A DNA stretch of 64,000 nt from NCBI GenBank assembly GCA_965653565.1, contig CBFHAI010000019.1, positions 6,140 to 70,139 of the forward strand, read 5' to 3'. The DNA comes from an uncultured Chiayiivirga sp. (lineage in GTDB: Bacteria; Pseudomonadota; Gammaproteobacteria; Xanthomonadales; Xanthomonadaceae). Shown here in pieces: positions 19,197-28,525 of the stretch (position 1 is the first letter of the stretch; every line of letters begins with the position of its first letter). A program made the position numbers and the translations under genes. The notes under the pieces are model-generated. The model saw nothing but the letters and a program-made list of their open reading frames with translations, had not been told where the DNA came from and did no database searches.

Positions 19197-19495
19197 TCAT
19201 ATCTTGGGAATGCCCCCGCCAAAGAGGCTCTTCCGCGCTGCCATCCCTAGATGACCCTGCCCCGTGGCGGTCCAGGCGGCACAGCCGCCCTCATATTTTG
19301 TCATCGGGAGGTCGACGCCCTCCTTCCGCCCAACCGAAAAATTTGGGAGTTGTGCCCGGCTCGAACGCCGGACACGTCTACAGGAACGCCGAACGACTAA
19401 GAAGAACCAGCGTCGATCAGCACCAGTGAGCGCTTGGCAAGCCGAATGTTGCTGTCGCCCGCTGCGCCGAGCCATAGCGGCCGCCACACTGCGCA

Positions 19496-22231
19496 TCAAA
19501 GCGCGCGCTGCAACGCCTCCATGCGCGCCCGCTGCGGGGCGTTCTTCGCCAATTGCGGATCGAGGATTTCGCGTGCGCGTTGCAGTTCGCGGCGGGCGCG
19601 TTCGGTGTCGCCGTCGGCGTGCGCGAGTTCGGCCAGGTCGAGGGTGAGATCGCCGACGCCGACGTAGCGGTCGTTGAAAGCTTTGGCCTGGCGTGTGCGG
19701 GCCGATTCGAGTTCGGCTCGCGCGGTTTTGCGATCGCCTTCGGCGGCGGCGAGCAGGCCGCGGATGCGTTCGATCGCGGCGATGCGCGGGCTTTCGGGCC
19801 CGCCGATGTCGTCGAGATTGGCCTGCGCTTCGCGCAGCAACCGATGGGCTTGCGCACGATCGCCGAAGCGCCGATGCCACTCGGCCAGGTGGATGCGCTG
19901 GCGGCCGCGTTCCATCGCCCAGTCGCGATCGGCGATCGGGTCGATCGGTTTCTCCAGCCACAAGCGCGCTTCCTCGGCCTTGCCGGCCAGCAGCAGCAGG
20001 CGGCCGAAATTCTGCCGCGCCAGCGGCAGCGTGAAGCCGGCGTTCTCGTACTCTTCGATGATCGCCGCGCCCTGTCGCATCAGCGGTTCGGCCTGTTCGT
20101 AATCGCCGACCTGCTCGTACATCGAACCCAGGTTGAGCATATCGAGCGCGCGCGACGGATCGTGTTCGGCGCCGGCGCGTCCGCCGATGTCGAACACGGC
20201 GCGGAATTGCTCGATCGCCTTGAGCGTGCGGCCCTGGTCGTAATAAACCCGCCCGAGATTGTTGTGCACGACGGCAATCTTCTGGCTGTCGTGTTCGAGC
20301 AATGCCTTGCGGTGTTCGAGGATTTCGAGCAGGACCTTTTCGGCGGCTTCGCTCTCGCCCATGTCGCGCAACAGCACGGCGTAGAAACCCAACGACGAAA
20401 TCAGATCCAGATCGTCGGGCGGCAGTTGCGCACGCAGCTGCGCGATGCTGGCGTCCATCAGTTGGCGTGCTTCTTCGCTGCGGCCGGCGTTGAACAGCGC
20501 TTCCGACAAATACACCTGATGCTTGAGCGTGGCCGGCGCGTTGGCGCCGTCCGCCTCGGTTTGCAGCGCGACCGCTTCGCGCAGTGCCGCTTCGGCCTCG
20601 GCGTTGCGATCGTTGCGCGAATAGGCCAGCCCCAGGCCGGCCAGTGCATTGGACAATTCGCGCGGTTTGTCGAGGCTGCGCAGCAGATCGACGGCTTCGC
20701 GGTAATAGCGTTCGGTGTCGGCGAAACGTTGGCGGCCTTCGGCAGCCAGCGCCAGTTCCTGCAACAGTTCGGCGCGCTGCCCGGGGGCCAGCGTATCGGG
20801 CGCGGCGAGTGCGGCTTCGATCGCAGCAGAGGCTTTTTCGGGCTGGCCCAGATTGCTGTAGATCTCGCCAAAGGCGCCCAGCAGCCGCGCGCGCTGCGCC
20901 GCCGGAACGTCCTGCGCAGCGGCCAATCGCGCGGTGCCGCGATCGATCAGTGCCGACGGCGTGACGCTGGCGCCGCGCGCGCGTTCCGGATCGGCTTCGC
21001 GGAATAGTTCGACCAGATAGTCGGTCACCGCTTCGGCGGCCTGCGCTTCGCGCTGCGCATGCGCTTCGGCGCGTAATGCGCGATCGCGTTCGTCGGCCAG
21101 TTGCCAGGCCGACCAGCCGAGCAAGGCGACGACGATCAAGGCTGCGGCCGCGACGTAAGGATGGCGGCGCAACAATTTGTTGAAGCGATAGCCGACGCTG
21201 TCGGGCACCGCATGCACCGGTTCGCCGGCAAGATAGCGTTGCAGATCGTCGGCCAACGCTTCGGCCGACGAATAGCGTCGCGTCGCATCGACCGCGGTGG
21301 CGCGCAGCACGATGCGATCCAGATCGCGCCGCAGCACCGAGCGCCGAGCCGGATCGGCGATCTGGCTCGGCGCCGGCAAAGCGCCTTCGTCGTCGGGTTC
21401 GGGCGCCTTGTCGGTGAGCAGTTCCGACAGCAGCAGGCCGAGTGCGTAGATGTCGGCCGCCGTGCTGAGCGGCTCGCCGCGACGTTGCTCCGGACTGGCA
21501 TAGGCCGGCGTGAACCACGGCTGCGTCGCGCTCGAGGTGCGCGATTCGGGATCGACCAGTTTGGCGATGCCGAAGTCGAGCAGCAGCGGCCGGCCGTCGT
21601 CGCGCAGCAACACGTTCGCCGGTTTGATATCGCGATGCACGATCAGACGCTGATGCGCGTAGTGCACCGCGTGCGCCAGATCGCGCAGCAGTTCGATGCG
21701 GCGGACCAGCGGCAGCTTGCGCTCGATGCAGGCCTCGACGATGGGCTCGCCGGGCACGTATTCCATCACCAGATAAGGCTGCCCGTGCACGGTTTCGCCG
21801 CCATCGAGCAGACGCGCGATGTTCGGATGCACCAGTTCGGCCAGGATCTGCCGCTCGTGCCGCAACTGGCGCGCCGCATCGGTGCCGGCGTGGCCGCGGA
21901 TCAGTTTGATCGCCACCTGATGGCGGAACTGCTCGTCGGCGCGCTCGGCCAGATACACCAGGCCCATGCCGCCGCTGCCCAGTTCGCGCAGCAAGCGGTA
22001 CGGCCCCAGACGCATGCCGGGCGCCGGCGATTCGATCGCTTCGAGCAGGGCCGCGCCGAAGCGGTCGGGCAGTTCGGTACTGCCCGGGTCGGCGGCGAGC
22101 ATCGCGTCGAGCTCGTCGCGCAATTCGTCGTCGATCGTCAATCCACGCAACCAGCTCGCGCGTTGCGCGGGGGCGATCGCCAGACCTTCATCGAACAGAC
22201 GCTCGAGCGTCTGCCAGCGCGCGTCGCTCAC
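19496..22231 (-). CDS. transmembrane Ser/Thr protein kinase with extracytoplasmic TPR repeats
   Basis: The GTG start overlaps the sigma-gene stop (GTGA at 22231-22228). Kinase motifs LGSGGMGLVYLA, VAIK, HRDIKPANVLL, DFGIAK, SPEQ. One TM segment (YVAAAALIVVALLGWSAW), then about 500 aa of TPR-like repeats. Confidence 0.85.
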   Translation of the reverse strand: MSDARWQTLERLFDEGLAIAPAQRASWLRGLTIDDELRDELDAMLAADPGSTELPDRFGAALLEAIESPAPGMRLGPYRLLRELGSGGMGLVYLAERADEQFRHQVAIKLIRGHAGTDAARQLRHERQILAELVHPNIARLLDGGETVHGQPYLVMEYVPGEPIVEACIERKLPLVRRIELLRDLAHAVHYAHQRLIVHRDIKPANVLLRDDGRPLLLDFGIAKLVDPESRTSSATQPWFTPAYASPEQRRGEPLSTAADIYALGLLLSELLTDKAPEPDDEGALPAPSQIADPARRSVLRRDLDRIVLRATAVDATRRYSSAEALADDLQRYLAGEPVHAVPDSVGYRFNKLLRRHPYVAAAALIVVALLGWSAWQLADERDRALRAEAHAQREAQAAEAVTDYLVELFREADPERARGASVTPSALIDRGTARLAAAQDVPAAQRARLLGAFGEIYSNLGQPEKASAAIEAALAAPDTLAPGQRAELLQELALAAEGRQRFADTERYYREAVDLLRSLDKPRELSNALAGLGLAYSRNDRNAEAEAALREAVALQTEADGANAPATLKHQVYLSEALFNAGRSEEARQLMDASIAQLRAQLPPDDLDLISSLGFYAVLLRDMGESEAAEKVLLEILEHRKALLEHDSQKIAVVHNNLGRVYYDQGRTLKAIEQFRAVFDIGGRAGAEHDPSRALDMLNLGSMYEQVGDYEQAEPLMRQGAAIIEEYENAGFTLPLARQNFGRLLLLAGKAEEARLWLEKPIDPIADRDWAMERGRQRIHLAEWHRRFGDRAQAHRLLREAQANLDDIGGPESPRIAAIERIRGLLAAAEGDRKTARAELESARTRQAKAFNDRYVGVGDLTLDLAELAHADGDTERARRELQRAREILDPQLAKNAPQRARMEALQRAL

Positions 22232-22800
22232 GATTCGAGCCGCTGCTTGAGCCAGGCGCGGGCGAAACGCAGGTCGCGATTCACGGTGGCGAGCGAAACT
22301 TCGAGCACTTGTGCGACTTCCTCCAGATCGAGCCCGACCAGATAATTGAGTTCGATCACGTCGGCCTTGCGCGGATCGCTTTCGCGCAGTTGCGTCAGCG
22401 CTTCGTACAGCGCCTCGGCGTCGCCGCCGTTTTCCGCCGCGACATCGTCGGCCGCGCCGAGCGTCACGCGCACCTGTCCGCCGCCGCGTTTGGCGCTCGA
22501 TTGGCGGCGGCCGAGATCGTGCAGGATGTTGCGCATCGCCACCGCGACGGTCTTGAAGAAATGCACGCGATCCTGCCAGGCGACATCGGCATCGAGCAGG
22601 TTGATCACCAGTTCGTTCGCCAGTTCCGTCGGCTGCAGCATCGCCGGCCCGCCGTCGGTGCGCAGGCGGCGCGCCGCCAGCTGCCGGATGCGATCGTAGA
22701 CCAGGGCCAGCACCGCCTCGGCGGCATGCACATCGCCGCCGCTCCACGCTCGCAGCAGCGTGGTCAGCTGCTCGCGCCCGTTCGCGTCATCGCCCGTCAT
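22228..22800 (-). CDS. ECF-type RNA polymerase sigma factor (TIGR02999-like, Ser/Thr-kinase-linked group)
   Basis: LLRAWSGGDVHAAEAVLALVYDRIRQLAARRL...LQPTELANEL and C-terminal region 4 (IELNYLVGLDLEEVAQVLEVSLATVNRDLRFARAWL). Confidence 0.8.
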   Translation of the reverse strand: MTGDDANGREQLTTLLRAWSGGDVHAAEAVLALVYDRIRQLAARRLRTDGGPAMLQPTELANELVINLLDADVAWQDRVHFFKTVAVAMRNILHDLGRRQSSAKRGGGQVRVTLGAADDVAAENGGDAEALYEALTQLRESDPRKADVIELNYLVGLDLEEVAQVLEVSLATVNRDLRFARAWLKQRLES

Positions 22801-22964
22801 CGTCCGTCTCCTAGGTCCCCCTGCCGATCATACTTGCCGCAGGGCAGGCCGAACGACGATCGGCTCGCAGCTCGCCCCCCAAATGTGGGTGGCCGACGCG
22901 TGCGGTTCCCAGCATCGGCCCGCAGCCGGCGGCAACCCGACCGGGGCGATGGGCCCGGCGCTCA

Positions 22965-23219
22965 TCAGGTCAGCCGCAGGAAGGCGCGCAGTCGCGGATC
23001 GATGCCTTCCCGGCCGTCGGTCCGTTCGAACAATTCGACCGCCAGTTCCAGCGCTTCGTCGTCCGATTCGCGTTGCGCGCGCGTCAACCGGTCGAGGCGG
23101 GCGCGCAGTTCGTCGAGCGACAGCGTCGCCGGCGCCAGGCGCAGGAACGGGATTGCCCGCGCGCCATTCATCGCGGGGAGCTTCGCCGCGTCGCGATCCC
23201 GTTGCCGGGATCGCACCAC
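22965..23219 (-). CDS. small acidic helical hypothetical protein (84 aa from GTG 23219, or 68 aa from ATG 23171)
   Basis: The ORF starts 7 nt after the upstream stop, with a GGAAG-like RBS. No recognisable family, TM segment or signal peptide. Confidence 0.35.
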   Translation of the reverse strand: MVRSRQRDRDAAKLPAMNGARAIPFLRLAPATLSLDELRARLDRLTRAQRESDDEALELAVELFERTDGREGIDPRLRAFLRLT

Positions 23220-23225
23220 TTCCGG

Positions 23226-26009
23226 TCAGCGTTCGAAACCATCGCCGAACACGTGCGCGCCGGCCACCGGACTCACGCGCAGTTGCACCGTGCCGATGAC
23301 ATCGTTGTAGTTGCGATCGCCGGGCCGCGTCGCTTCGATCGTACAGGTGCCGATCTCCAGCGCGGTGACCGTGGTGCCCGACACTTCGCACGTGATGGCG
23401 CCAGCCGAAACGCGATAAACGATGGTTTGCGCCGTGCTGCCGCCGGTCGCGCCGAGCGCGGCGGTCCCGCCGGGGACCAGCTCGGCGGGCGTGAGCGTGA
23501 CGATCAACGCGGCCTGATCGGCCTTGTCGATGCCGACGGTTTGCGTTGTCTGCGGCGCCGCCTGGTAGCTGGCGTCGCCGGGCTGGTCGGCGGTGACGAT
23601 GCAATCGCCGGCGCCGAGAATCGAAATCATGCCGCTCGCCGCGTCCACCGCACACACCCCTGGCGTCGCGCTGCCATAGCGCACGTCGAGGCCGCTGCTC
23701 GCCGTCGCCGACACGGCGCCCGCCGTGCCGCCGAACACGAAGCGGCCGGGGTTGGGCCCGAAGTTGATGACTTGCGCCAGGCGCGCGTCGAGCACCGCCA
23801 ATGCATCGCGTGCTTCGCCGCCGATCTGCGCGAAGCGCCCGGCCACCGCCACCGATCCATCGGCGGTGAGGGCCAGCGAGAGCACGTCGTCATCCGGCGA
23901 GGGACTCCATGACGGATCGGCCTGCCCCGCGTTGGCGGTGGACAGCCGCGCCAGATTGGCGCGCGCGCCCCCGCCCAGTTCGGAGAAGTCGCCGCCGACG
24001 TAGAGCCGGCCGTTGCCGTCCAGCATCAGTGCAGTAACGACCGTGCCGACTTCCGAGGCCGGATTCCAGGCCGGATCGGCCGCGCCGGTGCCGGTTCCGG
24101 ACAGCTTCGCCAGACCGAATCGGCCGGCACCGCCGATCATCGGAAAATCGCCGCCGGCGTAAACGTCGCCGGCCTGATCGACCGCCAGCGCCATCACCGA
24201 GTTGGCCGGCGCCGGATTCCAGTTCGCATCGCGCGCACCATCGGTGAGCGCGAACTTGCCGAGCAGGAATGGGCCGCCCAGGTAAACCGCATCGCGGCCG
24301 TCGAGCGCGATCACTTGAACCGTGGAGCCGGGCTGCGGACTCCAGGAATCGAGCGCGCCGGCGGACGTGAATCGCGCGACGCCATTGCGCGGCGAAGTGA
24401 CCGCTCCGGCCGTGATGCGATTGAACTGCCCGCCGATATAGACATTGTCGGCCGCATCCGTCGTCAGCGCGAAAACCGGGCTGTCGGGTTGCGCGATCCA
24501 GGCTGGGTCGCGAGTACCGAGCGCGCCGGAAAGTTTGACCAGATGATCGCGGAGCGGGCCGTCGCCGAAGGAACCACCGGCATAAACATCGTCCTGGCTG
24601 TCGATCGCCAATGCATTGACGACGCCGTCGCCGATGCCGGCTACCCAGCCGGTGTCGAGCGTGCCGTCGGCCCGCACGCGGACCAGATCGTGCAGCGGAT
24701 AGCCGTCGGCGGTGAGGAAATCGCCGCCGACGATCAAGGCTCCGTCCGACTGCGCCGCGACCGCCGTCACCGCGCCCGGCAACTCGGCATCGACGCGGTC
24801 GCCGAGCGCACCGGAGGCTTCGATGGTGGCGAAACCGAGCCGCAGTTCGTCTTCGGCGCGCGTGAACGGGCCGCCGACGACGAGCATGTCGCCCGCCGGC
24901 CCGGGCACATCGATCGTCGCCGACACCAGCACTCCTTCCCAGGCGCCATCGAAGCGCGGGTGCCAGGAAGCGGCGACGCTGCCGTCGACCGACGACAACT
25001 TGGCAAGCCGGTGACGGGTGCTGGCGCCGATCGCCGAAAACGAACCACCGACATAGACATCGCCGTTGCCGTCGACCGCCACCGTGTTGATCTCGCCGTC
25101 GGGCGTGCCGGCGTTCCACGCGCCGATAGCCAGGCCGCTCGCGGTGTCGAGCTTCGCCACTTCCGAGCGCGCCTTGCCGCCGATGTTGTCGAACAGACCG
25201 ACGACATACAGGGCATCGCCGTCGAGCACGAATTGGTACGGGAATTTGTCCGGCGCCGGATTCCAGTTGGGATCGACGACCACGTTGCCGCCGGCGTCGC
25301 GCACCAGCTTCGCAGCGTTGCTCCGCGATACGCCGCCGATCGAATCGAACGAACCGCCGACATACAGCCCGCTGGCGTCGCTGGCCAGCGTGAGGATCGC
25401 ATTGCTCGGCCCCACATCCGGAGCCGCCGCCCATGCCGGATCGACGTTGCCGGTGCCGGAGGAGAGTTTCGTCAATCGGCGTGGCACCGGCGGCGTGGTG
25501 GTGACGGTGAACTGTCCGCCGCCGACGTAAACGCCGCCCGCGTCGGCCGCCATGGCGTAGACACTGCTGCCGTCGTCGAGCTGCGCCGTCCACGCGGGGT
25601 CGACGCTGCCGGCACCGGTGCCGGCGAGCTTGGCGAGACCGGTGCGCGGCTGGCCGTCGATCTCACCGAAATAGCCTGCGACGTAAACCGCGCCGTCCGG
25701 CGCGACCGCCATCGTCTGCACCGAATCGTTCGCCGAAGGCCGCCAGTCCGGATCGAGACTGCCATCGTTGCGCAGCCGCGCGAGATTGCCGCGCGGCTCG
25801 CCGTTGACCGATGTGAAGTTGCCACCGAACACCACGCCGCCGTCCGGAAGCCGTGCAATCGCGTGCACTTCGCCCGCAACCTTGAGCCGCAGATCGGGAT
25901 TCGCGCGTGGCGCGGGCGCCTGCGCCATCGCGCCGGCGGCGCACAGCAGCAATGCTGTCGCGAACGACGAACGCAGCGCCGCCGGCAACACGGAAAACAC
26001 GGTATTCAT
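23226..26009 (-). CDS. secreted delta-60/beta-propeller repeat protein with C-terminal Ig-like modules
   Basis: The ATG at 26009 gives MNTVFSVLPAALRSSFATALLLCAAGAMA (signal peptide). About a dozen 55-60-aa repeats follow (LAKLS..G..DP.W.P....V.AL..D..G.VYVGG.F..IGG..R), then Ig-like segments (SSGLDVRYGSATPGVCAV...). The protein ends VFGDGFER. Confidence 0.7.
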   Translation of the reverse strand: MNTVFSVLPAALRSSFATALLLCAAGAMAQAPAPRANPDLRLKVAGEVHAIARLPDGGVVFGGNFTSVNGEPRGNLARLRNDGSLDPDWRPSANDSVQTMAVAPDGAVYVAGYFGEIDGQPRTGLAKLAGTGAGSVDPAWTAQLDDGSSVYAMAADAGGVYVGGGQFTVTTTPPVPRRLTKLSSGTGNVDPAWAAAPDVGPSNAILTLASDASGLYVGGSFDSIGGVSRSNAAKLVRDAGGNVVVDPNWNPAPDKFPYQFVLDGDALYVVGLFDNIGGKARSEVAKLDTASGLAIGAWNAGTPDGEINTVAVDGNGDVYVGGSFSAIGASTRHRLAKLSSVDGSVAASWHPRFDGAWEGVLVSATIDVPGPAGDMLVVGGPFTRAEDELRLGFATIEASGALGDRVDAELPGAVTAVAAQSDGALIVGGDFLTADGYPLHDLVRVRADGTLDTGWVAGIGDGVVNALAIDSQDDVYAGGSFGDGPLRDHLVKLSGALGTRDPAWIAQPDSPVFALTTDAADNVYIGGQFNRITAGAVTSPRNGVARFTSAGALDSWSPQPGSTVQVIALDGRDAVYLGGPFLLGKFALTDGARDANWNPAPANSVMALAVDQAGDVYAGGDFPMIGGAGRFGLAKLSGTGTGAADPAWNPASEVGTVVTALMLDGNGRLYVGGDFSELGGGARANLARLSTANAGQADPSWSPSPDDDVLSLALTADGSVAVAGRFAQIGGEARDALAVLDARLAQVINFGPNPGRFVFGGTAGAVSATASSGLDVRYGSATPGVCAVDAASGMISILGAGDCIVTADQPGDASYQAAPQTTQTVGIDKADQAALIVTLTPAELVPGGTAALGATGGSTAQTIVYRVSAGAITCEVSGTTVTALEIGTCTIEATRPGDRNYNDVIGTVQLRVSPVAGAHVFGDGFER

Positions 26010-26146
26010 GCGGGGGTTCCTGAAAACTTGCGCGGTTGTTGCGCCAGAGAGATTCGCTTGCCGACATGGCGATCGCTCGGCGTCACCGGCATGGCGTGGA
26101 AGATGTCGATCGAAACCGGTATCCCGACGCAGGACGGCGCCGCCGC

Positions 26147-28525
26147 TCACCCGTGTTCGCCTTCCTGCAACCGCTTCGCCGAAGCCAGCCGATCGAACAG
26201 GCTGACCAGCGTGCGCTCCGCCGTCGCATCGCCCGTGCAGCGCACCAGCGTGCCGTTGGCGAGCATGCTCGCGACACGGCTGGCCGGCAGTTCGAGCGCT
26301 TTCACGCCGGCCTGGTTGACGAATACATGCCAGCCGCTCGAGACACCGCGCCAGCACAGTTTCAGACGCGTCGCGGGTTGATCGGGCGTGTGCAGGTCGA
26401 CGAGTTGGCCGACTTCGAGCGGGGTGTTGTCGGGTTGTGGCGGGGGTGGTGCGTCGGGAATCGGGAGATGGGAGCCGGGAGAAGGACGCGCGGTGTCTTC
26501 GATGCGTCTGGCGTCGACGCCGGTTTCGTAGTCGGCGGCTTCGTCCGCTGCAGTCGATCGCGAGGCTCGATCGCGACTGTCAGCCGCCGTGACTTCGTAC
26601 GGCACAGCGGCGAATGCGCGCGGCGCCGTGTCGATATCGTGCCCACCGCCGACGATCACGAAGGCCGGATCGCCGATCTCCGCCTCGGTCGCATCGACGA
26701 TCAGCCGCGTCAGGCTGCGCCAGACGTCCATCATCTGCTGCGCCGAATAGCCGACCAGTTCGAGTCCGTTGCGCAGATCGATCGCAGTGGAGGCCAGCTG
26801 ATGCATCGCCTGCTGCGCACGCGCCGGTCGGCACGAAGGCAAGGTCGCCCAGTTGCCGAACGCCAAGCGAAGACTCGTCGCCACCGCGGCGGCATTGCGG
26901 AATTCGACGGCATCGGCGCCATGACGCAATGCCACCAGCACCATGTACTGGGCCCACGGCCGACGCAGCAACTCGTGCACCAGCGGCGGCAGTTCGCCGT
27001 GCGCCAGTTCGCGGCCGATGTGCTCGGCCACCGTCTGCCAGGCGAGTTGCAGCCGTTCGCGATTTTCGGCGGAATCGTCGGCATCGATATCGCGCAGCAA
27101 TTCGAGCGAACGCACGCGCTCGTGGTTGCGCTGCAACACCTCGAGGATTTCGACGAACACCGCCGGGCTGTCGCCGTAATGCACGAGTACGTCGGCGATC
27201 GCGGTGCGACAGCAGGCCAGCATGCGCACGCCGCGCGGCGTGCCGGGGCCGAATTCGAGCGCGCCGCGCACCAGCGCTTCGAGCAATTGACGCGCGGCGC
27301 TGTCGCGGCGCAGCAGCAGCTGGCGATCGTCCAGCGTCAGGCGCAGGAAAGGAATGCGCAGTTTGAACAGATCCGGCACCAGCTGCGGCGGGAAATCCGC
27401 ATCGGCGACGAGCAATTCGAACAGGGTCTCGACCAGATCGGCGACCGCCAGATCGGTTTCTGACAACACGCGATCCTGTCCGCGCAATGCGTTGGCGCTA
27501 CGCAGGGCGGCTTCCACCAAGGCAGCCAGCGGCGCCGGCGCGTCTTGTTCGTCGCCGCGCGTATTCTTCTGCGCCGCCTGCAGCAGGATCAGCGCGCGCA
27601 CCAGCTGTTCGCGGGTCCAGTGCGGCTGCGCCGCGCTGCGCCGCGCCTGCGCCTTGCCGGCGAGCAGTTGCAATGCCGCGGCGAGCAGGTCGGAACGTGC
27701 GATCGAAGCCGACAATTTGCCATGCTGCGCTTCTTCCGCCATCGCCGCCGGCGACAAGCTTGCATTCGACGGTGCGTCGCTCTGGGCCGGCAGCGATTTA
27801 TCGCCGCGGCTCACCGACAATGCGAACTCCGCATCCTGCGCGCCCAGCATCTGCACGCATTCGCGGTAGGTTTCCGGCAACCCGCCCAGCATCTGCGCAT
27901 GCAGCGCGCGCAGCAGCACCACGCGCACTTCGGCTTCCAGCGACACCGCGGACACCGTCTGCAGATAGGCATCGAGCACCGGGCGCGGACCGATGACGCT
28001 CGCCACCCGATCGATCCGGGTTTCGTCGCCCGGCCCGAGCGCCCGCGCCAGCACCACCAGCGCCGGACGCGCGATGGCGTCGACCTGCGCCACGAAGGTC
28101 GCGCACAGCAACTCCTGTTCGAGATCTTCTTCGCACATCATGCGCAGCGCCCGCGGTTTGCGGCCGGCATCCGGTTTCGCCGTGGGCATCGCGGCGATGT
28201 GCGCCGCCACGCGCGTGACGAATTCGGCGCGCAATTGCGCTTCGCAGGCCTTCAGCGTCCGCAGGCTGCGATACACGGCGAGCCGCACAGCCTTGCTCGA
28301 GCGCAGCATTTCGCCGTCATCGGCGAGCAGTTCCAGCGCCTGTTCGTGCGCCTGCCGGCACAATCGGTCCAGATGCCGGCGCATCACCGACGTGAGCATC
28401 CCGAGCCGCGCCGGCGAGGCGAACTGGGTCGCTTCGCTTTCGCCATTGCCGGCGACCAGATCGGCGGATGAAACGTCGCCCGCTGCGGTCGGCGAGGAGA
28501 AATGCGACTGATCGAGCGGGTTCAT
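26147..28525 (-). CDS. DUF1631-family protein
   Basis: A 792-aa product from ATG 28525 (MNPLDQSHF), overlapping the upstream stop (ATGA). Blocks such as DLFKLRIPFLRLTLDDRQLLLRRDSAARQLLEALV fit my recollection of DUF1631. Confidence 0.55.
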   Translation of the reverse strand: MNPLDQSHFSSPTAAGDVSSADLVAGNGESEATQFASPARLGMLTSVMRRHLDRLCRQAHEQALELLADDGEMLRSSKAVRLAVYRSLRTLKACEAQLRAEFVTRVAAHIAAMPTAKPDAGRKPRALRMMCEEDLEQELLCATFVAQVDAIARPALVVLARALGPGDETRIDRVASVIGPRPVLDAYLQTVSAVSLEAEVRVVLLRALHAQMLGGLPETYRECVQMLGAQDAEFALSVSRGDKSLPAQSDAPSNASLSPAAMAEEAQHGKLSASIARSDLLAAALQLLAGKAQARRSAAQPHWTREQLVRALILLQAAQKNTRGDEQDAPAPLAALVEAALRSANALRGQDRVLSETDLAVADLVETLFELLVADADFPPQLVPDLFKLRIPFLRLTLDDRQLLLRRDSAARQLLEALVRGALEFGPGTPRGVRMLACCRTAIADVLVHYGDSPAVFVEILEVLQRNHERVRSLELLRDIDADDSAENRERLQLAWQTVAEHIGRELAHGELPPLVHELLRRPWAQYMVLVALRHGADAVEFRNAAAVATSLRLAFGNWATLPSCRPARAQQAMHQLASTAIDLRNGLELVGYSAQQMMDVWRSLTRLIVDATEAEIGDPAFVIVGGGHDIDTAPRAFAAVPYEVTAADSRDRASRSTAADEAADYETGVDARRIEDTARPSPGSHLPIPDAPPPPQPDNTPLEVGQLVDLHTPDQPATRLKLCWRGVSSGWHVFVNQAGVKALELPASRVASMLANGTLVRCTGDATAERTLVSLFDRLASAKRLQEGEHG

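Larger units (their letters stand above)
17364..19495. mobile_element. lower-G+C islet abutting the tRNA-Met 3' end (remnant genomic islet with a decayed R-M pair; no integrase)
   Basis: There is a clear visual drop in G+C relative to both flanks. The cargo is a broken restriction endonuclease plus an MT-A70 methylase. It starts immediately after the tRNA. Confidence 0.4.

Noticed and set aside
19466-19480. CGAGCCATAGC, a partial match to the tRNA-Met 3' end (CGAGCCCACCCATAGCC), as a possible attR of the islet
   Set aside because: The match is only about 11 nt and needs a 6-nt gap. That is too short and imperfect to distinguish from chance in this composition. It is mentioned only as something to test.
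19197-21518. 773-aa ORF in an alternative minus-strand frame of the kinase/TPR gene, and plus-strand ORFs at 19553-21007 and 21101-22345
   Set aside because: Arg-rich junk translations. The kinase frame contains all Hanks motifs.
24315-26381. 688-aa plus-strand ORF and the 567-aa alternative minus frame (23890-25593) within the propeller gene
   Set aside because: These are repeat-driven open frames with R/G/D-rich composition. The chosen frame has a signal peptide and regular delta-60-like repeats.
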